Positions 1-10,082 are shown, numbered from the stretch's first letter. The stretch: 64,000 bases of DNA from Chlamydiales bacterium (GCA_965206695.1 CBDBKM010000007.1:1-64000), one strand, 5' to 3'. The notes: generated by a model not told the origin, from the letters alone. A program made the numbers and translations.

Positions 1-955
1 GATCTAGAGAGGCTAAAAAGCGATCAATTCTTTTTACATCTGCTTTTGCACTTAATTTCATAGCTATCTTCTTAGCCATTTCTGCTTGTACAAAAGATTG
101 TGAATACAACCCTTCGTTTTTTAATACTTGGGCTTTTAAATATAGTAGATGCATATAGGTTTTTCTATCAATATTTTCTTCTTTAATATGATCGATTAAT
201 TTTCTGGCTTCAATAAGATTATCAGTAATTAAATAGGCTTTTCCAAGTCGAATTTGTGTTCTTTGCTTATAGTCTCCGGCTATTAGATTTGAAAAAAGCT
301 TAATAGCTTCTTGGTAGTAATGAATGGCTTTATTCTTATTACCCAAAGGATCATCTAATTCTAATGCAGCGGCATTATATAATATTTTTGCTTTAAGATT
401 GGAATTATTGGGGCAAGACTTTGCTAGGGTTGAGAGGGCGCTATTGATGAGTTCTCGCGACTTTATTAAAATCTGTTGATCATTTGTGTCTAACCCGAGA
501 TCTCTTAAAGCAGCGGAGAGTTTATAAAGGGCCTTAATCTTTAATTCGGGCTCATCCATTCCTTCAACGAGTTCTTGAAGGTGATGGGCATAAAGTGACG
601 CATCTTCAAAGTTACCTAAACGGTAACAAGTAGATACTAATTGATCAGCTACTTCTATAGCTTTTTTGGGGATAGATAATAGTATGCAGGCAGCATAGGC
701 ATCTCGCCCTAAGCCGGCAATACATTCCCACTGTTCCTCATTGATAAGCGCATCAATTTCGTAAAAATATTGATCAATAATTTGTTGTTGCTCGATATCT
801 TTTGAGTAACTTACTAAAGCCGGATAATTATTTTTTTTTGTATTTGGATCATAAATACTTTTAATGATCAATGGAGAAATATGATTGTTGTCACTGAAGA
901 TAAGTTGATTAGATACTAAAAAAATAAACAGAAAAAAAATAACATGTGTAAACAT
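1..955 (-). CDS. TPR-like helical repeat protein with N-terminal signal/hydrophobic segment (partial, runs off window start)
   Basis: Not in the ORF track. ATG at 955 follows an AGAGGGA RBS and reads MFTHVIFFLFIFLVSNQL..., open to position 1. TPR-like segments: AKILYNAAALEL..KAIHYYQEAIKLF, IRLGKAYL. Confidence 0.7.
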   Translation of the reverse strand, partial: MFTHVIFFLFIFLVSNQLIFSDNNHISPLIIKSIYDPNTKKNNYPALVSYSKDIEQQQIIDQYFYEIDALINEEQWECIAGLGRDAYAACILLSIPKKAIEVADQLVSTCYRLGNFEDASLYAHHLQELVEGMDEPELKIKALYKLSAALRDLGLDTNDQQILIKSRELINSALSTLAKSCPNNSNLKAKILYNAAALELDDPLGNKNKAIHYYQEAIKLFSNLIAGDYKQRTQIRLGKAYLITDNLIEARKLIDHIKEENIDRKTYMHLLYLKAQVLKNEGLYSQSFVQAEMAKKIAMKLSAKADVKRIDRFLASLD

Positions 956-1209
956 AATAAATCCCTCTTTAAAATTAAAAAAAATTTGCTGTAGAAGCAT
1001 ACATAAGAAAATCTATTTTTCAAGAATTTTTTAAGAAGGATTAAAAAAATCGCTTTTTAAGCAGCTACACCAATTGGTCCCACTACTCCAATTTTTCCGG
1101 ATATGACCATCCTAATTTTTTTAGACGTGCTTTCATTGAAGGATGAGATTCGATATTTATGACAATTAAGCGAGAAAACCCTTTATCTTTAGCATGGGGA
1201 TGAAAGCGT

Positions 1210-1414
1210 CTATTTGTTTTTTTGATTTTGGGTATACTTCCTAATTGTATATTCATTTAGTTTTCCCACACTACCTTGGCTTTCTCATTTAATAACTCTC
1301 TTAGTCTGTTCTCAATATTTCCCTTGAGAATTTCTCTTCTATACTTAAATACACCAAAATAACAGGATAACTAAGATTAAAACTAGCTGTCTTTGAAGTT
1401 TTCCATCTTTCCAT
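1210..1414 (-). pseudogene. tnpA: IS200-type Y1 transposase TnpA remnant, internally deleted and frameshifted
   Basis: MERWKTSKTASFNLSYPV... joined to the C-terminal SVGKLNEYTIRKYTQNQKNK*; HUH core missing. Confidence 0.75.
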
Positions 1415-1424
1415 GTGGACAATA

Positions 1425-2580
1425 TATACTGCCCGCAGCTGAATCAGAGAATTCACCTTGAAGGATAATGAATAGGATTAATAATAATTTTTTGAAAATT
1501 ATCGTTAATTCTTTGACCTAATTGCTTTTTCATTTTTGGAATTTCTTCAAAACAGAACGTTCGGATAGCGTCACTGAAATCAATCAATTTCTCGTAGCAC
1601 TTATTGTAAGTTTTTTTCTCCCTCATCACCTTCCGGAACCTCTCTATTGGATTCAAATTGGGTGAATATGGAGGCAAGTAATGGATTGTCATCTTTGATG
1701 TAATAAGAAATTCATTAATCTTTTCGTTTTTATTGAATCGGCCATTATCATAAATAATCTGAATGGATTTAGCATCGGATGACTTTTCCAAATCTTTTAG
1801 AACATTTATTACATTATCGGCATTTATCGTATCATATTTTTGTGCAAAGACTTCCGTCTTAGCAAGCGATAAAGCTCCTACAAAATGCATTCTAAATTGT
1901 TTGTTCGTAGTCGGGAGCGTTTGTATCTCTCCCTTCTTTATCCGGCCGGATATGGCTTGAGACCGGAATTCAGGATGCACAGCATCCAAAAAATACATTT
2001 TCCCGCCTTCTCCTAATGCAGCTTTCAAGCTCATGTATGACTCTATAAAATCTTGTTGCCTTTGTGGATCTAACTTTCCCGGAACTGTCAATGGCTCTTT
2101 GTAGGTAAACGCATGATCTTTGAGCCAAGAGGTTATTCCGGATACTGAATAGATGATGTTATATCGTTCTTTGATGTATTTACAGATTTGTTTTGCATGA
2201 AAATAGGTGAATATTTGAAGTTGTTTCAACAACTCTTGTGTCCGTATTTTATTTAGCTTACCGGCGCTTCCGCCTTTAGGGGCGTGATTCGTTTTTGTCA
2301 ACTCTTCGTATTCCGTTAAATATCGATATACGGTTGCTATAGCTATTCGATGAGCTTGAGCGATTGATTCGGGAGGCATTCCTTCGCTTCTTGCTAAAAT
2401 CACACATAAACGTAATCATTCATGTATATTACGAGTGTTTCTTGCGCGATTCTCAAGGTTAGATTTTTCTTTTGGTGAAAGGTGTATTTATGATGTAGAT
2501 CAAAATTTAAAGAAGTAAGGTTACTCAATCACTAATTAATTTTTCAATAAAATTTCTCTGATTCAGCTGTAAGCAGTATA
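1425..2580 (-). mobile_element. IS630-family element type A; transposase (ORF 1453-2403) is a pseudogene
   Basis: TIRs TATACTGCCCGCAGCTGAATCAGAGA / TCTCTGATTCAGCTGTAAGCAGTATA; motifs FLDAVHP, YDNG, LPPYSPNLNPIE; in-frame TGA upstream of the called ORF. Confidence 0.9.
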
Positions 2581-2928
2581 TACTTATTTACATTGGAAGC
2601 CGGACAGGATGGAGTTTCGGCACTTGAAAAGGATCATTTACCGGCTGATCCTCCCTTGGTATCATGCCGAGTTTTTTCTTCTGATTGAAATTCCATCAAA
2701 TATTCATAAACACTCGATCGGGTTAAGTGCAGAACATGAGCAATGAAGTCAGACTCCGGACCGTCATCTCGTGCAAGAAGCACACACAAATGATATACGT
2801 TCATTTATATCACGGGTCTTTTTTACCTGAGATTCAAAAGTGCTTTTTTGATTTGGAGTTAATTGGTTCATACAAAATTAATATCATATTTATACTTTTT
2901 TGTGTGCCTTTCAGTAGCGAAGAATATA
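2579..2928 (-). mobile_element. Internally deleted IS630 type C copy
   Basis: Both ends match the 22925-24028 element; shares a TA with type A at 2579-2580. Confidence 0.85.
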
Positions 2929-2930
2929 TA

Positions 2931-3039
2931 CTGAAGGGCACTTGGTCATTTAAGCCTTTGGAGATCGTGTTAGGCTAACACTTATTAGCAAGGGTCATTG
3001 AATGAGAAATCCCTCCCCTTTAGATTTGGGAGCTGTCAA
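2931..3039 (+). ncRNA. IS605 right end / putative TnpB omegaRNA scaffold, copy 1
   Basis: 109 nt similar to 5274-5381 and 55037-55145; ends in the IS605-type subterminal hairpin plus TCAA. Confidence 0.6.
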
Positions 3040-3200
3040 GATTTGATGATGATAGAACCTTTGAAGGAACAGAGAAAGTTTTTAGGGCAGATAATAGAGG
3101 ACGATATGTTACAACCAAAAAGCTCTTCTAATAGAGGTCGAGATTTCGTAGACATGTCAAAAGATGTTAATCAAGGGAATTTTTCATCAGAAGATAGGTT

Positions 3201-3821
3201 ATGATGATGCAAAAAAAAGTCCAAAAAATTCAAAGAATTTTGAATCAGCTCTATCCATATCCTAAAATCCCTTTAAACCATAAGAATATCTATACTTTTC
3301 TCATCGCTGTTTTGCTGTCAGCTCAATGCACGGATAAAAAAGTAAATCTTATCACCCCGCTCTTATTTAAAAAGGCACAAACACCGGAGCAAATGATTAA
3401 GCTTTCTGTAAAGAACATTTTTGAAATTATACGACCATGCGGATTGGGCCCGACTAAGGCTAAAGCGATTTTAAATTTATCTCATCAATTAATAGATGAT
3501 TATAATGGAGAAGTGCCCAAGAATTTTGAAGGTTTAGAATCTCTTCCCGGGGTGGGGCATAAGACAGCTTCTGTTATGATGTGCCAGGTTTTTAATAAAC
3601 TTGCTTTTCCGGTCGATACGCATATTCATCGTTGTGCTAAACGTTGGGGGTTAAGCACAGGAAAAAATGTGAAAAAAACGGAAGAAGACTTGAAGGAACT
3701 TTTTCCTAAAAAAAGTTGGCAGAAGCTTCATTTGCAAATCATCTATTTTGCTAGAGAATATTGCCCTGCTAGACAACATCATGTAAAGGATTGCCCTATT
3801 TGTTCTTGGATACAATCCTGA
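3201..3821 (+). CDS. nth: Endonuclease III
   Basis: LLSAQCTD, HhH motif LPGVGHKTA, VDTHIHR, C-terminal Cys cluster. Confidence 0.95.
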   Translation: MMMQKKVQKIQRILNQLYPYPKIPLNHKNIYTFLIAVLLSAQCTDKKVNLITPLLFKKAQTPEQMIKLSVKNIFEIIRPCGLGPTKAKAILNLSHQLIDDYNGEVPKNFEGLESLPGVGHKTASVMMCQVFNKLAFPVDTHIHRCAKRWGLSTGKNVKKTEEDLKELFPKKSWQKLHLQIIYFAREYCPARQHHVKDCPICSWIQS

Positions 3822-3831
3822 TCAGAAGAAA

Positions 3832-4105
3832 TTAGTGAGTTTTCCCACACTATCAGCAAACTATGATCTTGTCCATAATACAATCGAGATTTTAAAGTTG
3901 AGAATTCTTGTCTTAACAAGCGACTACCGGAGTCTTTAAGTTGACCAATTGCAAACTGTGGAGATTGATTGGCTTTCTTATTTAATAACTCCCTTAGTCT
4001 TTTCTCAATATCTCCCTCGAGAACTTTTTTTCTATACTTAGTACACCAAATAACAGGATAACTAAGATTAAAACGAGCTGTCTTTGAAGTTTTCCATCTT
4101 TCCGT
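3832..4105 (-). pseudogene. tnpA: IS200-type TnpA remnant, copy 2
   Basis: ERWKTSKTARFNLSYPVIWCTKYRKKVLEGDIEKRLRELL...QLKDSGSRLLRQEFSTLKSRL; HUH segment deleted; start codon mutated (ACG). Confidence 0.85.
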
Positions 4106-4117
4106 GTAGACGATATC

Positions 4118-5215
4118 TATACCCCTTATGAATCAAAGTGCCGATTCTAAGACTTGAAAATGATCATTGATTCGTTTCCTCATTGATTGAGCAATAGAGG
4201 GCCAAGTATTTTCAAAAAATCCGGTAATCGATCTCCGAAATTCTTTAGCAGAATTAAAAAACCGATTATTGCGACAATATTCATTCATCACTTTCCATAA
4301 TCGTTCAATGGGATTGAGGTTAGGACTGTAAGAAGGTAAATAATAGAGAATAATACCTTGTTTTTCTGCTTCTTGTTTGGTCTGAATACTTGTATTATAA
4401 GGGCCTTGATCTAAAATAAGATGGATATTTGGAGCTGAGGGGTATTTTGACCGTAGCAAAGCAAAATGCTTTGCCATGGTACCGCTATTTAATGTTTCAT
4501 AAGCATCTATTGTTACCTTCATACTGTTTAAATTGATAGACCCCATAAGATTCATTCGAGTACGAGAAGCTGTTGTTGCAATCAATTTATCTGTTCCCGG
4601 TCGAATCCAACCATAAGAAATTTTAGTTGCCATAGTTGGATGTACACCATCAGCAAATTCAACAGGCTCATTTTTAGGCAGAGATGCCATAAGCTTGGTG
4701 TAAAATTGCATCCAAGCTTTTTGTTGATCAGAATTTGCCTTAGCCGGTGTACCTTTAGGCTTTTTATAGGAAAAACCATGTGAGTGTAGCCAAGAAGTCA
4801 TCCCTGAAATCGTATAAACAATGCCATATTTCGCGAGAACATAAGAACAGATATCTTCTACTTTGACATAGGTATGAGTTGTTAAATGTTTAATGAATTC
4901 TTCTGACTGTGGCGCAAGAAGTTTACTGACTGAACCACCGCTTTCTACATGCAATTGCTGTTTATTTTGATATTCTTTAATGTGACGAGACACTGTTTCA
5001 TCGTCTAAAAGCACAGCTTCAGCAATACGAGTATTACTCCAACTTTTATTCGACAATAGAACAGCCTTGATACGATCTCGTATACGACCATTCTTTTCTC
5101 GTTTATGTTGCTGTCTGAGATGCTTTTCTTCTGATAGTGTTAAAAATGAATTCATACAAAATAATTTACACTATACGAATACAAAATATCCGGAGGTTTA
5201 TTCGTGATGAGTATA
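4118..5215 (-). mobile_element. IS630-family element type B, intact transposase 4133-5155
   Basis: 340-aa ORF with FADGVHP, ILDQG, LPSYSPNLNPIERLW; TA-flanked ends; near-identical 1098-bp copy at 21771-22868. Confidence 0.95.
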
Positions 5216-5273
5216 TATATCAATAATATCATACAATGTAGGAGTAGATTTGTTGCGTAATAATGAGTATATA

Positions 5274-5381
5274 GTGAAGAGCAGTCGGTCATTTAAGCCT
5301 TTGGATATCGTGTTAGACTAACACTTATTAGCAATGGTGTTGAATGAGGAATCCGTTCTCCTTAGGGTTAGAGGTTGTCAA
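5274..5381 (+). ncRNA. IS605 right end / putative omegaRNA scaffold, copy 2
   Basis: Similar to 2931-3039; ends GAATCCGTTCTCCTTAGGGTTAGAGGTTGTCAA. Confidence 0.6.
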
Positions 5382-6001
5382 ATCATAGTTTTTTGATTAG
5401 TGTATTTAAGAGCTTCTGTAATGAGTTGAGATAAATTAAAATTCTCTTCTATATGTTCTAATGCCTTTCGAATAGCATTTTTAGCCATGTTTTGATTGTA
5501 TCCCAAATTAATCAATGCATTCATAGCATCATAGAGGTTTTGATCTTTTACATTTAAAATTTGAGAAATCTGAGATGAGCCTTTTTTAGATGCGAAGGTT
5601 TTATGGATTTTGTCTCGCATTTCAATAACGAGCCTTTCTGCTGTTTTTTTCCCAATCCCGGGGACTTTACAGATTAAGGGAATGTTATTGTTTTGGATGG
5701 CTTGTTCTAAGTCTTCGAAAGACAATGTTCCGATGATGAAAAGAGCTGTTTTAGGACCAATACCGGATACTGAAATAAGGAGTTCGAAGAGGTCTCTTTC
5801 TTCTTTTTCTAAAAAACCATAGAGGGTTTGAGATAGTTCACGGATAACATACGAGGTATGTATAAAGGCTTTTTCATTAACAGGGGGGAAGCTTGTTCCG
5901 GTATAAGGCGGTACATATAATCTATAACCAATACCATTAATATCAATGACGATACTTTCATTATTTATTTCAACAATTTTACCATTTAAATGTGCAAACA
6001 T
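5378..6001 (-). CDS. ruvA: Holliday junction branch migration protein RuvA
   Basis: TLYGF, LISVSGIGPKTA, VPGIGKKTAERLVIEMRDK; likely start ATG 6001. Confidence 0.95.
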   Translation of the reverse strand: MFAHLNGKIVEINNESIVIDINGIGYRLYVPPYTGTSFPPVNEKAFIHTSYVIRELSQTLYGFLEKEERDLFELLISVSGIGPKTALFIIGTLSFEDLEQAIQNNNIPLICKVPGIGKKTAERLVIEMRDKIHKTFASKKGSSQISQILNVKDQNLYDAMNALINLGYNQNMAKNAIRKALEHIEENFNLSQLITEALKYTNQKTMI

Positions 6002-6089
6002 AGCCAATACCAAATGTTTTTGAGATATTTGCGCATTATCCTTTGAAAAAAAAAAATTGTAAAGAAAAGTTACTTCTTTAATTCAATAC

Positions 6090-6584
6090 TTATTCTCTTA
6101 TTAGTTGTTGCATTTGATTGGAGTGAATATGACAAACAGCAATCGCTAAAGCATCAGCAGCATCTTCCGGTGGAGTTTCGGAGAGTTTAAATAACAAACG
6201 GATCATTCCCTGCACTTGCGCTTTACTTGCATGCCCATTCCCTGCAACGGCTAATTTTGTTTTAGTAGGGCTGTATTCAAATACCGGAATATCTCTTTGA
6301 GCAGCAGCTAAAATAGCCATCCCTCTTGCCATTCCTAATTTAATAGCGCTTTGTACATTCTTATGGACGTATTGAGTTTCTACCGCAAGGGCTTGGGGTT
6401 TATATTTATTCAATAAATGATCTATTCCTAAATAGATCATTTGATATCTTTTTGGGAGCGGATGTTTTAAAGGGGGAGAGATACAACCATAGTCAATAGG
6501 TAGATGGTGATGATCACCGGAATGTACGATAGCATATCCGGTAATTCGAGTGCCCGGATCGATTCCAATAATGATAGATGACAT
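6090..6584 (-). CDS. ruvC: Crossover junction endodeoxyribonuclease RuvC
   Basis: IIGIDPG, AVE, KLGMARG, DAADALAIAVCH. Confidence 0.97.
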   Translation of the reverse strand: MSSIIIGIDPGTRITGYAIVHSGDHHHLPIDYGCISPPLKHPLPKRYQMIYLGIDHLLNKYKPQALAVETQYVHKNVQSAIKLGMARGMAILAAAQRDIPVFEYSPTKTKLAVAGNGHASKAQVQGMIRLLFKLSETPPEDAADALAIAVCHIHSNQMQQLIRE

Positions 6585-6600
6585 AAGATAATCAGTTAAG

Positions 6601-7707
6601 CTAGTTCATAAATAGGTCAGAATTTTTTGTGGAAGAGATAGCATGTAAACGTTCAAAAAAATCCAACTGGGCTTCCGTATCATTAGTAGTATTAGAAAAA
6701 TAGGATTTACGAGAAGGTGGTGATTTTTTTAAGGGTGTCTTTTCTATTTTAGAAGCTATTTCAGGGAAATCAGAGAGAGAAATTTTCTTGCCTAACATTT
6801 TTTTAATTTGAGAAAGAAATAAACATAATTCCCGGTATTCTTCTTCTAGACAATTAAATTTTTGTTCAAGTGTGACCATACAAGAAATGTTTTTTTGCAA
6901 TTGTTCCTGAACATTGAAAAATCTAACTTGCCATTCCTTACCTTGATTTAAGGCTGGCCGGGTCTTTTCTTGAGCCAAAGCTCTTAATTCTTGTTTATGA
7001 TTTGATTGCAATTCAAGGTTATGAACCAATGTATGGATTTCTGCTTGAAGATGTTGAACTTCTTCTTTTTTTACGACTTTGTCTGCATGCATTTGTTTGA
7101 ATTGTTCTTCTATATGATTCGCTTCTTTGATTTTTTTTGCTATGTATTCTTCAGCTCTTTTTAATTGTCGATCATGTTCATCTAATCCTTTTTTGAGTTC
7201 ATGAATTTCTTCTAAGAGTTGAGTGTTCTTCTCTATTTGAGTATTTAATTCCTCTGAAACGTTTGCTTTTCCTTCTAATATGGTTTTTAAAGAATCGATT
7301 GTATTTTCATGTATTTGACTGATAGCTTCAATTTTTTGTTTATCTTCTACTAAAGATTGATTTTTTGATTCTAATTGGATGATTTTTTTCTCTAATTCTT
7401 TTCCCTTTACTTTTTGTTCGTTGAAGTCTTTTCTAATTGAGAATACCTCACCTTCTTTAAAAAATGATATATCATGTGAAACACAAGTCAGTGTTTCGAA
7501 AAGCTTTTTAAGCTGCTGATCAATCGACTCTCGTTCTTGAAGCTTGTATCTTTTGTCTTGTAACTTTTGTAAAAGCTCTTTTATTGATGCTTGTTGATCT
7601 AAGCATTTGTTTTCGAGATCGTTAGTTTTTTTTTCGCCTGATTGGGGCTTCCATAACTTGCTTATTTCAAAAAGTTTTCCTTGCTTGGTTTCTTTTTTTT
7701 TAAGCAT
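6601..7707 (-). CDS. Coiled-coil hypothetical protein upstream of ruvC
   Basis: 368-aa E/K/Q/L-rich heptad pattern; co-oriented with ruvC-ruvA. Confidence 0.7.
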   Translation of the reverse strand: MLKKKETKQGKLFEISKLWKPQSGEKKTNDLENKCLDQQASIKELLQKLQDKRYKLQERESIDQQLKKLFETLTCVSHDISFFKEGEVFSIRKDFNEQKVKGKELEKKIIQLESKNQSLVEDKQKIEAISQIHENTIDSLKTILEGKANVSEELNTQIEKNTQLLEEIHELKKGLDEHDRQLKRAEEYIAKKIKEANHIEEQFKQMHADKVVKKEEVQHLQAEIHTLVHNLELQSNHKQELRALAQEKTRPALNQGKEWQVRFFNVQEQLQKNISCMVTLEQKFNCLEEEYRELCLFLSQIKKMLGKKISLSDFPEIASKIEKTPLKKSPPSRKSYFSNTTNDTEAQLDFFERLHAISSTKNSDLFMN

Positions 7708-8138
7708 CTCTTTTTACCCTTATATTTAGAATTAAAAGCATTTATTTTAAAAATGCTTAGACTAAATGTTTTCTTTGAGAAGATCAATATTTATTTTTAA
7801 AATAATCCATTTTCTTGATATTCATTAACAATCTACTTTTATTTTAAAAATAATTATATGTATTTGTATAACTAATAAAATTGAATATCCACTAATTATG
7901 CGATATCTTTATTCTATTTTTATATTTAAAAGGCATAATTTGAAAAACAAAGCTTTTTTAATTAATTTATTAAAATCCTAAAAAGAGGCCGGTAGTTATT
8001 TTGATTTACGTTTCGAATCGATATGCTTCAGCCATATTAATAGTTGTATAATGCCTGAAATAACCGGTTTTCAACAATTTAATAAAAATATAAGAAAGTC
8101 TTTAAAATCTGCAAACCGAGAACTTTCCAATATCGAAA

Positions 8139-10082
8139 TTGTACAAGAACCGGATCATCATGATAAACTTTAATACGAGAGTAAACATGCCGGATGGTGT
8201 TCATTGCGCCTTTCAGATATGGAATGGTTGGGCGAATACTTCTATTGAGGCACAGAGAGGAGAATTACAGAATACGAAAGTTCAGGTCATAAAAGGGAAT
8301 GTATACGTTCCAAAATGCTTTTTAGAGATATTGACTGTAATTCCTGATGGTTATATTCCTATAACTGACAAGATCCCGGAGGGTTATGAACAACCCGGAG
8401 AACATTATCACCCGTGTGATGGGACGACAGTTTTTGTTAAGGGAGGTTTGCTGTTTGTTTTGGAGACTGATATAGACAAATTCGGTCTACCCATTTCTAA
8501 ACAATTAAGCGTTTCTAAAGGTTCCGCTGCTTTTAAAACTTTGATGTATCAAACACCTAATTGTGATGGGATACCGGGAAATAAAATTTTTTTGCCTTCT
8601 TCGGTAAGAAAGCCGCCGCCCGGATCAAATCGTTATCCAACGCAACAGGCTGCTCATACAGAATTTTATCAATCATTTTTTGGAAGTGATACTGTTAGAA
8701 GTGGTACTGAGTATGAAAGTGCTCTTCACTTTTCACGCACTCACTCCTCTGTCAATGCCGGTCCTTATATAGCTGCTCATTTACAAATTACTCTATTACC
8801 GACAAAAGCTCCAACAGGCATCAGTGTTGAAGTACTTGCTAGCATACAACCTGAAGTCGTTGGTATACAAGGTATTCCAAATAGCACCGGAAGTAGTTGT
8901 TTTATGGATAGTATCTTACAAGCTTTGGTTCATACTCCCGGTGTCATGAATTTTTTAAAAGATAAGAGTAATTTAGATTTTCCTGACCGTTATCCTCCGA
9001 ATTCGGGTGTAGCGATAAACCTAGCTGCGAATAGGGCAAAAGGGGAAAGACTTGTTGATTTATTAGTAGAGTTTCATAAAAAATATACTGAAGGCTCGTT
9101 ACATACCGCTGTTGCTTTCCGGGCTCGCCGGCCTTATATGTCATGGTTAAGAGCTGAGTTTCATCAGTTAGGCATAGTAGATCAAGCTTCGGGCCTACAT
9201 GAAGACTCTCAATCCTTTAAAACAAGGTTATTTTCTTTTTATGATACCGGCAAATCTCCATGGGCTACAAGTGTCCAAACAACGAAAATAGTAAATTTGG
9301 ACAAAATGAAAGCAAGTGCCGAGGAGAAAGGCATACCTCTGATGCAAGAAAATCCGTCTTTGGTTATAAATCAGAAAAATGGAACAGGGAAGAGAGTTAT
9401 TTCAGCTGAGGAACAGGTGTCTGCATCGTTGCCAATAAGGGCAAGAGATGAAAAAGGGGCAATAGATTTATCCTCTTTATGGGCTTCTTCGTATGAAAAG
9501 TTTGGTAAACATGGTGATGATGAGGATCTTGTAATTCATGTACAAGTAGAGGAATCTCAAGGGACACAGAAGTATATAACATTTAGGGCTCCTCTTTTAC
9601 AGACAGGCACGCAACTAACATTATCTGCTCCATCGCGTTTAGAAAAGAGAGGATTAGGTCAACTGATATTCCTAGAACCTAAACGATTCACTAATGCGTT
9701 AAAAAAAGATAATGCACCATTCAAAATGAAAAGCCTTAATGATTGTCCATTAGGTAGATTGGGGCCTAAAATAGATATCGTTGCTTTTAGTGTACACCGT
9801 GGCTGTTTAAGAGGAGGGCATTACATCTCTTTTGTCAAAAACCTAGATAAAACAAGTCCGGGTTATGGTTACTGGTATGAATGTGATGATAGCAATGTAT
9901 CTGTAGTGAGTGATGAATATGCAATAGCTAGATTTAATGGTTCTGTAGCCGGTGCTGAGGCTTACGGAAGTGCTTATGATATTTTTGGTTTGGAAGTCGG
10001 AGGACCGATTGTACTCGATCTTGATGACCACAAGAGTGTCAGTGGCCACGATGAAAAAAGACATACTAACCAAAAAACCTAA
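8139..10082 (+). CDS. Ubiquitin-specific protease (USP/peptidase C19)-like deubiquitinase, probable host effector
   Basis: Cys box GIPNSTGSSCFMDSILQAL, HEDSQSF, LEPKRF, His box VHRGCLRGGHYISFVK...WYECDDSNVS; start codon uncertain. Confidence 0.85.
   Translation: MYKNRIIMINFNTRVNMPDGVHCAFQIWNGWANTSIEAQRGELQNTKVQVIKGNVYVPKCFLEILTVIPDGYIPITDKIPEGYEQPGEHYHPCDGTTVFVKGGLLFVLETDIDKFGLPISKQLSVSKGSAAFKTLMYQTPNCDGIPGNKIFLPSSVRKPPPGSNRYPTQQAAHTEFYQSFFGSDTVRSGTEYESALHFSRTHSSVNAGPYIAAHLQITLLPTKAPTGISVEVLASIQPEVVGIQGIPNSTGSSCFMDSILQALVHTPGVMNFLKDKSNLDFPDRYPPNSGVAINLAANRAKGERLVDLLVEFHKKYTEGSLHTAVAFRARRPYMSWLRAEFHQLGIVDQASGLHEDSQSFKTRLFSFYDTGKSPWATSVQTTKIVNLDKMKASAEEKGIPLMQENPSLVINQKNGTGKRVISAEEQVSASLPIRARDEKGAIDLSSLWASSYEKFGKHGDDEDLVIHVQVEESQGTQKYITFRAPLLQTGTQLTLSAPSRLEKRGLGQLIFLEPKRFTNALKKDNAPFKMKSLNDCPLGRLGPKIDIVAFSVHRGCLRGGHYISFVKNLDKTSPGYGYWYECDDSNVSVVSDEYAIARFNGSVAGAEAYGSAYDIFGLEVGGPIVLDLDDHKSVSGHDEKRHTNQKT

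Larger units (their letters stand above)
1170..3039. mobile_element. Degenerate IS200/IS605-family element, copy 1 (left-end hairpin, tnpA remnant, no tnpB, right end) interrupted by two IS630 elements
   Basis: Left-end-like GAGAAAACCCTTTATCTTTAGCATGGGGATGAAAGCG at 1172-1208; tnpA remnant 1210-1414; right end ...AATCCCTCCCCTTTAGATTTGGGAGCTGTCAA ending 3039. Confidence 0.75.

Noticed and set aside
2727..2978. Short ORFs antisense to or inside IS and core genes (e.g. 1763, 4582, 5610, 19835, 22936, 48511, 63599)
   Set aside because: Shadow frames of better-supported features
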